Positions 26,101 to 39,255 of a stretch of 64,000 bases of DNA are shown in pieces. The stretch covers positions 49,726,001 to 49,790,000 of the forward strand of contig CM052816.1 in assembly GCA_028534125.1 (NCBI GenBank), given 5' to 3'. How positions within the stretch are numbered: the first letter of the stretch is position 1; the number at the start of each line of letters is the position of its first letter. The notes beneath the pieces are model-generated. The model saw only the letters and a list, made by a program, of their open reading frames with translations, was not told the origin of the DNA and searched no databases. The position numbers were made by a program, and so were the translations under genes. Source of the stretch: Lama glama (lineage: Eukaryota).

Positions 26101-28601
26101 TACAGAAAACCTAAAGGAAAGGTTTTCAAGGATCAAGGGACCTCTAAGCCACTGGGAAACATTTGGCAATATGAAGGGATATTCTGGTTTCCAATTCACT
26201 ATTTCAATATTTCATGTATAATAAACAGTAAGCCTGCATGAAAGGTGCAGTTATAAAGCAGATCTAAAAGAGATCAAATAATGAAACTTAATTTATGTGG
26301 GATTGTGAAGCCACTCCCATCTTTCATAAATGGTAATATATTTTGGAGTGTATGAATTGAATCCAAGAACTCCATACTTGGCTTGGATTATAAATTCATC
26401 TTTAAATTTTTAAATAATTTTATAATATCAAAGGGAATCTCCATGATCTAATTAGAAAAAAAAAACTTTCAATGAGCAAAACAAAATTGAATAGGGTATT
26501 TATACAAAAAGTACTTGGAGGGCCAAGGAAAGTGCATCAGCATCAGTGTAGTTAGAGGGAGTACATAATTCAGTACTAATAGACCAAATGCCAAAAGTCT
26601 GGTTTTGAAGACTGACAAATCACATCAATACTCTGGGTTCAGTTTTTTCTCTTCTTCACCTAAAACGTAGGTATTGCAAAAAAGATCACCTCCCAGTCAA
26701 CCTTCCCCCCTTTAAAAACTGTCACATCACTAAGATTCTAGTATCTAAATGATGACTGACTAAATCCAAAGTAATTAGAAATTTACCAGGCCCACCAGAT
26801 AACTTCTGGTGAAGTTAACAAAAAGACATCATATAATTTATTTAGTGTTGTGGATGCAGCAGTATAACCTTAAAATTAACCTTTAAAAGGTAAACTTTTA
26901 CATTATGTGTATTATGTCTACTTAATACCCAAAATATTGCCCCTTTCCTTCCACGCATTCCAATTTTGAGTTGTTTCTTTGTATTATAGCTCGCTATAAA
27001 CAGCTTGAAAGAAAAGACTTAAGACAAGGCAATGACACAAGCCATTAGGAAGTACTAGTACATTAGCATCTGCATATAGCACCTCATGAAAAATACACAA
27101 AGCAGCAGCTTCTGGTGGCAGGGAAGGAGGAGATTAGATTGAGTGCAAGTGGCAGTTTGGGGAAGGCAGGCTTCGACGGTACATGAAAATTGGATGGAGA
27201 CTTTGTGGTTTTGGAGGTTCTTATGAACAGCTTCATGATTTTGTTTTGTTTTTTTTTTTAATTCAAATATATATTTTTGAGACATCTATTATAACAAAGT
27301 ATAATACCAGGTACAAGGAACTGAAAGATGTATCCAGCACTACGTCTGCCTGCAGGTATGATTATTGATGCACTAACTGTCATGGATTCAACATTCCAAA
27401 GGCAATTCACGGAAATGTGGGATGTTTGATGCTTTTGCTTAAAAGCCATATTTGAAGCATTGAAAACCTGAACAGCAGGGCTTGTAAGAACTGTGTGTAC
27501 ACAGCAGGCCCGTTCATGTTTTTTTATGATAATGAGAATTAAATGACTTCCGATTCCTTTGTGTGCAAATGAATTTTAATTTGTGACATATTAGTTATCT
27601 TTGTATTAGCAAAATACAGTTACAAGAGTAGGAACCATTCTAAAGATATGAACTTCAAATATGCCGAGGAATAAAATTTAGAACTTGGGAATACTGTTTC
27701 AAATAAGATAAGTGTTTATAAAGGCTTTCAATGGGAATGAGAGTCAACTTGAATCAGGGATCTCATTTTGCCTTTCAAGCAGCCCTCGCAGTGACTAAGT
27801 CACTCCTGGATGTTTTCCGAGGCCCCAGAGAGTCTGAGAGGCTTGCTAAGGGTTGCGCGGCCGGTCAGCAGCATGAGGGGAACTCAACACGCCAGGGAGT
27901 CCACGCGATGATTGTTACCGCAGCGTTTTGTGGACCACTTAGTGAGGGAACTGCCTCCTTCTCTCAGGGAATGTTTGCTGAATTAGGAAGCTCATGCAGT
28001 GCCCGGCGCTGACCAGCAGAGCCCTGGCCACACATTTCTTGAAGGAGAGCTTCTGGTATTTTCTGTGGATTCAGCCTGCCCTCTAAATTTGGGGTTCCAC
28101 ACTGTAAAAATTGTATACCCCTCACAGTGTTAGTAAACGCTGAACACATACACATATTTAGAAAACCTAATTTCTGTGATTTTGGTTTCCGATAAAACAA
28201 ATAGGAAATAGGGTGGAAATTCTAACTTCTTCTTCCTGTAACTTGATGGTGCGTCCTGTGTGCAGACACCATGCTTTAGGCCACACTGCTCTGCCCGGCA
28301 CTCTTGGTCTAAGTTAATCTCACCTGAACTCGTTATTTTGGTTTATCCTAAGGATCTTTGTCATTTCTCTTCAAAGCCAGTGGTGCTGTGATGAATAGGT
28401 CATTCAGTTTTCATTTACATTCATGATTAAAGTATCTTCCATTTATGGAGTATTTATTTGCTAGCTAATGTCAACATAAAATAAATTTATTCATTGCAAA
28501 TACTGCATTCATTTTCTTTCTCACTATTAAATTAGCATTTCTGTAGAGAAAGCATGCCTTAGTGAAGTGACTTCTAAATTTCTAGTGTCTTTGTTTTATG
28601 T

Positions 28602-29235
28602 TGTAGTTCACCAGCACAGTATGTCTCCTGGAAAGGGTTGGTCCACCTGGCCATGCCCATTTCGGTACTAACCTTTGGTTAGAATTTTCTCTGCGATCCT
28701 TTAAGATGTGCCTAAGGACATATCTGCCTGCTAATTCATTAGCTTCCAATGAATCACTTTCTGGAATTAGTGTATTTTTCAGAGGGAAATAGATAACAAT
28801 TTCCTTGGCCAGGACTGTGCCCTGAGTATCAAGGTCAATCAGAGTTTTGACTTCTTCACTCATCACTTAGGCTCCTTGCCCAGGTCTGTCAAGGTATCCA
28901 TTGCTGCTCTCTGCGTTTGGTCTGCCCACTGTTTCCTGCGAGTCCTGGTGCACATCTGGCTGTCCTCTTCCTGTGCCCTCTTCTTATCTGAGCTTTCCTG
29001 GGTCCCTGTTTAGTTTGTCTAATCTTTGATCTTGCATTCCAGCTCCAGCTGCCCCTTGAAGGTTAATTTATAACTGGCTTATTCTTATCTTTTTGGAGTT
29101 TCAGCCCTGCCCTGGCTCTCAAAGGGCCACCTGATGCCCCCTTGACTATCAGACTTCTCAGTGCCCCTGGGTCCAGCTTGCTGTCATAGCTGACCTCAGT
29201 CTTAGCTCTCTTAGCTCCTGGTCCTGGCACTTACA
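28602..29235. mobile_element. Possible ancient solo LTR
   Basis: GC-elevated, pyrimidine-skewed 630-bp block bounded by tgta...taca; family not recognised. Confidence 0.3.
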
Positions 29236-31601
29236 ATTTCTCTTTTTCCAGATGCTTCTTTTCTTCAGATAGTTCCACTACCAGAATGCAGCCCTCCTGA
29301 CTACAGACCCAGAGTTTCCAAAGGTTCTCTCTTTCTCAGTCTGATTATGAAATGATAAAATGAGGATAATGTATATAATTCTTTGATCCTAAAAATGCAG
29401 CACCATAAAAAAATTAAGTTGCCTTTCTCTCTAGTGATCAATTTTATCAGCATTTTCCCAGACGTACCATGAAAAACACTGCTTCCATAGAGTTCTCTTC
29501 CCTACCAACAAAGGAAAGGATTCTGTGCTGAAATGTACTTATTAAAGTCTTTATCCTTTTCTCCATTCTTACTGATTCAGATGAATATTAACATAGAATG
29601 TTTCAGACTTCTATAGGAAAGAGATTTGTTTTATTTGGTGATTTTCAAACTCCTTTGATCACAAAGTGCTTTTTAAAAATAACTGTCTTAACATCCCCAG
29701 TAACCACTTCAGAATATCCTGTATTAATTAAATTGCATTTCTCTAACACTTTGTTTTCAAAAGGCTTTTCTAATAATCTGTGTCTTTATAATAATCTGGG
29801 TACATTTAATTATTTGTGTATTCTATCCCAAAACATGAAAGAAACAATTTATAGTGATTATATGACTTAATCCTATAAATGTAAGAACTTGACCTAAAAA
29901 TCTGGTTTCTCTCTTTTCCACTGAGGCCATTTTTTCATGGCTGTTTGCATTTGACATCAGGTAGAATGAAATCTAACCTTAGTAGCTTGTTTTTCCTGAA
30001 TTTTGTTCATAATTTTCATGTTTTTTTTCAGTACAGCAAAATATATGCAAAATATGCATATCTGGAAATATGATTTTCCAATTCACTGCATTCTTCAATT
30101 TTTGTGATAGACCTACTCCGTATCACAAACAATTTCATCAGTTCCAGGTCCATATACGTACAAACCAAGCATTTAAAAATTGCCTAAATGAATTCAAAGC
30201 ATTTTTTCATTTCCTCTTCAAAAAGAATGTTGCACATAGCTACAGGTATTCCAGATGTGCCGGAGCAGTGGTCAGCCCACGTTAAAATGAGCTCTGTGCA
30301 TTGGTCAGTCTAAATGCAGAAAGTAACATGTGAACAGTTTTGCCTATTAAGAAACAGTTCCTATGAGCTAATGGGCCTATTAGCTACAGAAGTTTATAAT
30401 AGCACACAAATACTTGTCAACGTGAGTGGTAAAAAAAAATTTCTCATTTGTTGAAAAGTGCATTTGATAATTTTCCTTAAAATTCATTTCCCTCTCACTT
30501 AAAATGATAGATTTTCATTGGAACTTACTTTTAAATAACTAAACTGTAAGTTCTTCCTCCTGCAAAGGTTCAGACCCTTTGGCTTTGCCTTCTCTCTGTT
30601 CACAGTGTAAAATTCTATCTCTTCGTTTCAATGAGAGAGACTTCTGTCCCTGACATGCATTGAACTGTAATACAGGATTCATATTAGGATAGTCACTGTT
30701 TTACAGTAAAATGGGATACTAAACTCACTCAATAGACATTTTGTAGCACTCACCTCTTTTGAGCAACGTGAACTTGGAACTATGAAATCATCATTGTTTT
30801 ACAAATGTATTCCTTGCAGATTTTCCTAACTTAAGAAATCAGGCTGCAGTCTCTTTGAATATGATTTCTATTGTCCCATACATTTTTTTCTTCTAACTGC
30901 TCTGTGACTTTTAATAGAGAAAGCTAAAAACAGATAAAAAGCATTTCATCAAGGTTATCCATTATAAGAAAGAGAAAAAACCAAGAGATACTTACATATA
31001 ATCATTATTAATTAGTACTAATTATAGGATATCTATAGTTTTAAAATTAAAAATAAAATAAAATATTGTTGATTGCATTCAACATTGTATCACTTATCAT
31101 TGGGGAACTGCAAAATTATTATTACCATTTTATGTGCAGCATAGTTAACAAAACCAAATATAGTTAAGAGGGCTTAAAGTAAATGAATAAAATAAAAACA
31201 ACAGTAATTGACTATTATTCCAGTTAAGCACTGAGTCCCCTCTCTCCCTTCTCCCAACATTCTATCACCCATTCGAAGCTCAGCCTTTGTTTCTTTCATG
31301 AGAAGCACTTTGGACTTTAATCCCCAAAGCTGTAGGATTTGATGGCCCTTCATGAGTACCGCAGGACCCATCTGTTCTGGAAGGCATATGCCTGATGATG
31401 TGGGAGGAGCTGTATGTACAAGATAATGGATCTAAGAGTACTTAGAATGTAACACTAAATATATATAGGTATGTTTCTACAGCTGCCTCAAAGCTCTGTA
31501 ATGGGAAATAGGGGAAATTCGAAAAATAAAGCAGCTTTAAAGCCCTCAGTGGGAAAAAGCACACACCAGCTGCTTGTCTTTTTGGATGTTGGGGTCAAAG
31601 T

Positions 31602-31785
31602 CATTTTCTCAAAGTGTGGTTTAGAGACCTCCTGCATCCAGTGAACTGGCATGAGCTGGCTGAAAATGCGGGTTCCCAAATCCCCTCCCCAGAGACTCTG
31701 ATGTCACTAGATCTAGTTTGGGCAGAAATGTACATTTCGGGATATATAGCCAGAGATTCTTGCACAAGGTGAAACTTGAGAGAAA
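31602..31785. mobile_element. MER5-like hAT MITE
   Basis: ttctcaaagtgtggt...ctgcatc...gaaaatgcgggttccc...aaacttgaga. Confidence 0.7.
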
Positions 31786-32519
31786 AGGAGTTGGTAATTT
31801 GTGGCTTGACTGAAAAACATATTCATTTAGAGGCAACTATTTTAATGGGACTTGCTTAGACATGTTGACTTGAAAATTATTTGAGTATAAATCTAATTGC
31901 AGTTTAGGAGTAGAGTATCAGGATACTTCAAATTAAAGAAACGTCATGATAGCAGTATGCGGAATTCAAAAATTCAGCCATTTATATTGACTTGACTTCT
32001 GTGAAATGAGTGAATCCAACAACAAATCTTTAGTTTCTCCTAACTCTGTCAGAAGTAAGGTATATCAAACACACATAGAACCAGATCTCAAATCTGAGAA
32101 AGAGGATCTGCATTAGTTTCTGTATCTCTAGTATTTTCTGGCTATGAAATATAGGTAGGTGAGAAGGTAGATGGTTAGATTGAAGAAAAGGTCTAGTATA
32201 TGGAATTATGGAATTTAAATAATCACGGACTTTTGTTAATTGGTCTTTTGATGTGTGTAGTACAGTAGCAAATATTCCTAACAATGACCAGGAGACACTA
32301 CCAATTTCTGAAGTACCACTAGAAGAGAGTAAAATATGTCCAGTGAAGATGGAGTATTGAATTCACTGGTTTTATCTGATACAGGAGGCCCTGCTTAAAG
32401 TAGGCACTTGTTGAAAGTCTGTTGAATGTTTTCAAAACCTGTACATGTATGTGCAGTTTATGGAGTTAATTTTAAATTAATGTACATGTTTGATAAGAAA
32501 CAGTATTTTATAACTGTTA

Positions 32520-32740
32520 GATGACAGACTGTACAGCAGAGCTATTGGGGTTCAAACCCTTTCTCCACCACTAACTAGTTGTGCTATGGACGAGTGACTC
32601 ACCCTGCTAGCGTCTTAGCAGTCTCATTTTCTAAATGGTAAAAGCAGTATCTATCTTACAGGCTTGTGTTAAGGACTGAATGAATTAACATAGTAAAGTG
32701 CTTACAAATAATTACCATAAAAATGTTAGTTACTATTATT
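32520..32740 (+). mobile_element. MIR SINE
   Basis: gggttcaaacccttctccaccactaactagttgtg...ctcattttctaaatgg...aaagtgctta. Confidence 0.8.
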
Positions 32741-32790
32741 TTATATCATAATAAACCAGTTCCCGGTGAAACTATATAGCATATTTTCTT

Positions 32791-32980
32791 TAAGGTTGTC
32801 AAATTAAAAAAATATAGAATGCTTAGTTAAGAATAAATGATGAATACTTGTCTAATATAAGGGTGTCCCAAATATTGCAAGGGACATACTTACACACACA
32901 CACAAAAATAAGATTGTTTATCTGAAATTCAAATTTAACTGGGCAGCCTCTATTTTATTTTGCTAAATCTGGCAACCTTG
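32791..32980. mobile_element. MER53 palindromic hAT MITE
   Basis: aaggttgtcaaat...gtgtcccaaatattgcaagggacatactta...tttatctgaaattcaaatttaactgggc...tgctaaatctggcaacct matches the MER53 consensus I recall. Confidence 0.85.
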
Positions 32981-35900
32981 TTTTCACTCCATCTCAGACT
33001 TTCAACAACCGTCTTTCCTCTGGAATCTATAATTGAACAAGTTACGATGCTGATATAGTGATGATTTAGCAATAGATAATGGTTTTAATTAAGTGTTCAC
33101 CTGTGATTGTTTTGCACTCTGCCTATATTCCAAGATGAATATTAGAAAGCCAGTAGTTTATTAACTCCCAGACAATATGCTTAAATTGACTTCTACTTCA
33201 AAATTACTAATCCCTTCAAAAAAAAGAGAGAAGCTATTCTTTATCCTGGTGCTTCTGTGTTTAGTGAATTTCTGGAGATAAGATGAACCTTTTTGGATCC
33301 ACCAGGTGATAAATGCTGGAAGTCGGTGTTTCTTCAATATATTGGAACTCAGTATAATAATTTTCATCATGGGAATGGTCTGAATTTGCCAGGAATGCCC
33401 CTGCATGACTCTTAATGACATTTGGGATATTGTGTCTACAGTGTGTAGAAATTACCATTAGATGGCATTTAAGATCTTCAGACATTTTTGGCTCAGTGAA
33501 TTGATGTTATAAAAAGACAGACACAGACCTAACTCCTGGTCCCCTGAATGATACTGGAAATGGTCTTTCCCCCCCGAGCATTGGTTTGTTCATCTGGGAA
33601 ATGTAGTAAACGCCCACTGCACAGGGCTGTTGGAAGACTGAATTCTCTGAGTATGAAATGTATATATAGCTAGTGAAATTATGGAAGTTAAAGTATCACA
33701 CAGTAACAGATGTTTTTAAAAATGATCTTGAGACACTACCAATATAAGACTCAAATCAAGGTGCCTGGAATAGGCTAAGTGTCCCATGTGTGTCCCCTCC
33801 CTTCCTTTTCGCTAGCATTAAAACAGAAACTCTAGAGATTAGCATCAGTAGAACCAATTTTGACCCCGAATGCTGTGACTGTATTATATTTAATCGCAAG
33901 ACACGGGAAAGGAGGAAACACAGATTCCTTTGTCTCCTTAGCCGTCAGTTGGATTACTTCATATATTCCAAAAGCTGCCTAGACTTCTGGATTTTTTCTC
34001 AATAGTTCTTCTTAACTATCTGAAACATGCCATAGAACTTCTCTCACCTACCCACTTTGTGAGATTATCTATGATTTGATTAGCACAGGTTTCTTTCTGG
34101 AAAGTCACTGCCTTTGGGGAGCAATCTCAGTCTAACCAGATATTTGTAATAGGAGCTGCCAACATAGTCTTGCCTTCACTCAGTGCAGCTGAGTTCTTTA
34201 GGGAGGAGTTCAGAACTTCCTTGTAAAAGGGGAGTATCTTGTTGGAATTGTCACAGAGAAGGTGGAGGCAGAGGCAGGAGACATTCCTTTAAGCTACCCT
34301 TGTAGAGCAAGCCCACCATAATTTATGAGAAAATGATTATTAGAGAGGCTTTGTGGAGAGGTGAAGAAGAAACCAGAAACTCCCAACCACCTTGGAGCCA
34401 CCAGCTCCTTGGAGCTACCAGTCCACCCTCAGGTGTGAAATTGAGGGACAGGCTAGGTGGAGACTGTCCCCAACCTGCCACATGTGGAAAGACACTCCAA
34501 GAGCATTAGTGGAGAAGAGAATCCCAACACACTTTGCTATTTCTTGGGCTCACTGTTCATGTTAATGGACAATATTTTTTTTCCATCTGTCAAGTGCATA
34601 CTAACCAACAAGAGAATGGCGAGTATTTAAGAAAAATTCATGGTAAAAGACCTTAAGTAGAAAAGTTTATCCACTAGATTGTTTTGGAGTTGTTTTTGTT
34701 TGTTTGTTGGCCTTGGAGGTCTTATGGGAGCATAGTAGAAAATAGTATTCTGCCTATTTTTCAGGTTCTGGGGAAAAAATACAAGCGAAAAACATAGCAC
34801 TTGAAAAATTGTACCTATAAATAATATCATGAATTTAAATGCTAATTAGGTTTAAATATAGGAAGTGTAGAATCTCTTTAGGAAGTTTTATCCTTTGACT
34901 TTTTTAAATATACTAAAACCTGTTTATATAGAACATAAACATATTCATTTCCAAGATGGGTTTTTTAATGGATCAAATAAACACAAAACATATTAAAGAA
35001 ATCTATCTTATTTCTTGGTATTTCCTTTATAATTTTAAAAAGTCTACCTACTTTTCAATATCTCCAAAGTAAATTAGAAGCAACAATTATTTCCTAGTAA
35101 AAGTCAAATAAATGAGGCTTATTATTTTCTGCCACTTTACCAAATACACATAGAATCACAAAAAAAAAATGAGGAAATGAACAATAGTATAAAGCTAGCC
35201 AGTTAATGCCAATTAGGAGATAGCTGTATTGTGTGACCATCAAATTTCAGTCATAGAAGCCCCATTCCTGTTATGATGTTATGGTATTAACGTGGCAAGA
35301 ATGTACAACAACCATATCTCACTCTGTTAAATTATAGTTTATTTTCACATGAGAATTTAATTACAGAATTGTAGACTACCAGGTACTGACTCTAGCTCAT
35401 GATTACCCAGACACATGATACCTATTTAAGAGAGAAAGGATGGAAGATTATATTGTTGTTCAAAAGTTTTGCCCCTGCTGTTCCCTACATTTCTCCTTTC
35501 TGAAAAAGGATAAACCTTTCCGCTAACTGACTTCATGCCTTGCCATGTGACTTACCTTGGCCAGTGAATGGAAGCAAAGTAATGCTTCTCTTTTCTGAGT
35601 GGAAAATTTTGGGAATGGAAAAAAACAGGTATCGGGTCCTGATTTACATTATAAAGGTAGGCACAGGTTACCTTATAGCACGGGGCATGTCACTTTCAGG
35701 TAGATTCATCGGGCAGCTAGGGCGTCTCCTGGAGCCAAAAGGAAGTCAACCAGTAAACTCTTTAAATGTCTGGAAGCCAGAGGAGAGAGAGTGTACAAAA
35801 TAAGAATAATAGCATTTACTCATGTATAGGGCTGTTCTAAGCATTAAATTATAGAATTTAGGTGTAATTCAGTAAAATGCCTTGTTCATAGTAAACCCTC

Positions 35901-36367
35901 AGTAAATAGTTAATGGCAAGGAGCACGATGACAGTGACAGTCACAGCAGTGCTACTCTGGACCTCACCCAAATGGAGACATTTGTGAATGAGGAAGATTT
36001 GATGGGAACTGGGTGAGAAAGCAAACATTTTATAGTATTAACGGTAACAACTGCACAAAATTAGCTAGCTTTGAAAAGAATGTTTTGACAGAGGTTGCAG
36101 CCCAGTAGCAGTGGGCTGGATTCTGACTCAGTCTAGTTTTCTCAGATGGCACTGTGTCCTTTTTAATCTTTCCCTTGAATGGCTGAAATGGAGCACTTGT
36201 CCTCTCATTCACCACAATCCACCACTGGCTTGTACCTTTTTTATCCAAAATTGTCATTTGATTCACTCCCCGCAGGCCTGTGAAGGTATTTCACTTGCTT
36301 AAGATGACCAAAAGGGTTTTTATTTTAGTTGGTAAGAACCTCAAGGAAGAAATAGTCCCCCAGCTTT

Positions 36368-36396
36368 ACACACACACACACACAGACACACACACA

Positions 36397-36445
<49 letters not shown>
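36368..36445. repeat. (CA)n microsatellite, about 39 units, two GA interruptions
   Basis: Read directly from the sequence. Confidence 0.97.
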
Positions 36446-36448
<3 letters not shown>

Positions 36449-37859
36449 CCCAGATACCAGCAAAGAATGGGTACAGTGACTGGAGCACCACTGGTGGCAG
36501 TTTGGTAGTCTGCGTCTAACAACAGAGTATTCAATACAAGTGATGTATCCTGAGCAGGACCTCAGCTGTGAGACCACAATTCTAGGAGCAGAACCAGTTC
36601 TAGGCTCAAGAGAGATACAGAAGCTCAGTGGAGCTGGCCTGACATTGGGACCTGACACTTGAGGACAGAGCAGGGACCCGGTGGGGAGAAACAAGGGAAC
36701 ATCACAGCCTTTGAATAAGAAAGAGCTCAGGTCACTGTATGCCTACAAGGTGCATTTGTACACATGCGCCCCTTCCTCTGAGTAGAACAGTGATGCCAGG
36801 GCATCAGGAAGCTTTTCGACTTCATCTCGTCCCATTAGCTGGATGCCTCATCCCCTTAGCTGGGGCATAACCTACTTGTACAGTGATATACTATGGACCT
36901 GAAGTGATCTTGCAGATGGGAAGAGAAGGTGCATGAGATCGCCTGCTTCAAGTCAGGCTTGATCTAGTTTTGAATGAGATAGGGTGCAGCTGGGGAGCTA
37001 GGGAAAGCAAGGTCTTAAAGTTTGGCCAAGCCTGTCACCTTCTCTGTCAAAAATGTTGGTCTTTTACTGACAAGCAGAGATTAAGCATCAGGAAGAGAAA
37101 GGTGTACTTTAATAGGTGTGAAGAAACTTGGCTCCCAAGAAGCTCTAAATGAGATAAGTTCTATCACAGAACTAAGGTTTTATAATTTTGCAGTTGCATT
37201 GTCTTATAATCCGTCAAGTCTTTATGGCTTTTAGAATTACCCCCATATCAATGGTGAATGCAGGACTCCTTAAATCCCTTCCTGTCTATGATTTTCTGGC
37301 TTAGGAGATGAAGTATAACTCCAAAGTAACGTCTTAAAATGAGATGTTTAGAAAGTTAGCCTTAAAATGTGTAAACAAGTAGTTTGTAAACAACTAACTA
37401 TAGGATGACCCTTGGCAGGTGACCTGCCTCTTCTGGAGCGCAGCTTCCTTATTTTTAAAATAGATGAGATGTCATCTATGGCAATTAAAATGCCTTTCCT
37501 TCTTATTGATACCTACCTGGTATCCAGGGAGAAAAACTGGTACCTACAGTTGTGCCTTAAGATCCTACCTGATCCAGACCAAACTCAGAATGATCTTCCG
37601 TAGAAGTACAGATCTGATTGTGCTGACTCTACGCATGCCCACCCCAAGAGCTAGATGCTGTGCTCCCAGTTGCCATTCCCAGGAGAGACAGGTCTCCTGG
37701 GTATTTAACACCATTATCCAGAACCTTCATTCAGGTTACTCAGGAGGAAATGACACAAAGAGTTATCACTGGTTCTTGTTTCAGTAATTTTCATCATGGT
37801 ATCCTATGAGATTTTTAAACACAATTTGCACTTTTTTTTTTTGCAGTGTTACTCAGTAT

Positions 37860-38250
37860 CACTCACTCACTCATTCAGTGGATGTTTATTGTATGAATTC
37901 TAACTTCAGACTCTGGGGTTGAAGAGGTGAAAAGGAGAGATAAGTTTCCTACCCTTATGAATTTTATAGCTTATAAGGACAGAGCTATAAACAAGAATTA
38001 AAAGAAGAGTAAAATAAGTATTCTAGAAAAATAGAAGACTTTGTTAGAACATATAGTAGAAATCTGATCTGATGTGGGTATCAGAGAAGACATTCTGTGA
38101 ACGTGATATTTGAACTGACACCTAGAATATAAGCAGGAGTTGTGCCTGCAAGTAGGAGGAGGGAGATGGGATAGAAAGAATACTCTAGAAAGAACAGTAT
38201 GAATAGTCCTTGAGATAAAAGCATGGCATATCAGAGAAACTGAAAGAAGT
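37860..38250 (-). mobile_element. LINE-2 3' fragment
   Basis: Begins cactcactcactcattca...tttattg; contains gtgatatttgaactgacacctagaa. Confidence 0.7.
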
Positions 38251-39072
38251 TTACTTCCTAGTAATTTGAATGAAACTGTGTGTACATTACCCAGTATACT
38301 CTCTGCATGTAGTTTTACATAAGGTGATAGCATAAAAGTAAAATGAAATTTAAGATGCTTAATGGAATAGTTGTACTTATGAATGACCCCATTTCAAGAA
38401 ATATTAACTTAAATATTTATTATGAATTAAATTAATCTAATTTTAAGAGATCATCATTGTTTTTTCAAATGTAACTGGTTTTATTTCTTAATCCTCTAGC
38501 TAAGAAAAGTTTAAAATATATCATTTAATATTAAAACTGAAGTTTCTATAAAAAGAGCTAGAAAGAAGAGACTTGAGATTATGATTCTAGCGTAAGAAAG
38601 CTGACTTGGCATATCTTGGCTGAGATGTAGTCATAGTACCAACATGAAGGTAAACTTTGCTCCCTGTTGTCCCTAAAGTTGCACGAAAGCTAGAATAAAA
38701 AAGTTTTACTTACACAGATGCTCAGATGAATTAAATAACAGTGAGAATTCTGGGATGCAGTTTAATTATTCTTAGTCATTTGAGTTTTAGACATTTATTT
38801 TAATTTCATAAGCCCAATTTAAGAAGTATCAGTGTAGTTTTATAGTCTATGATGAAAAGCAACATCCTAGAAGAATAAAAAGTAAATCACCGTAACTTTT
38901 ATCTTCCAAAGATTAAGTACTGAAAAGGGTCACTCATTCAGGCCTGCAAGAGTTATGTGGTGGGACTTGTTATCAGTGACCTGGCCTGTCTTATCAAGGC
39001 TGGAGAAGGCGTTGTCCTCTGAGGATTATTGGCTGGTAAGGAGATGAAATGCTGGGATGCATTTCAATTACT

Positions 39073-39255
39073 GTGGTTCAAATTCTAGCTCTGCTTCTTA
39101 CCACCTTTATTAGCAGGGCAAATGAATTTACCACCCCAGGGCTTCTCAACCTCAAAATGAGGTCAGCCAAAAAACCCAAGGGATTTTTGTGACTTGAAAT
39201 GAGAGGGATATCCATGGAAGTCGTTACCACACTGCCTGGCACGTAAGCAGTGCCT
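39073..39255 (+). mobile_element. MIR SINE
   Basis: ggttcaaattctagctctgcttcttacc...gggcaaatgaattta...gcctggcacgtaag. Confidence 0.8.

Noticed and set aside
36486..36500. CTCF-like caccactggtggcag
   Set aside because: Needs a gap to fit the core consensus; weak match.
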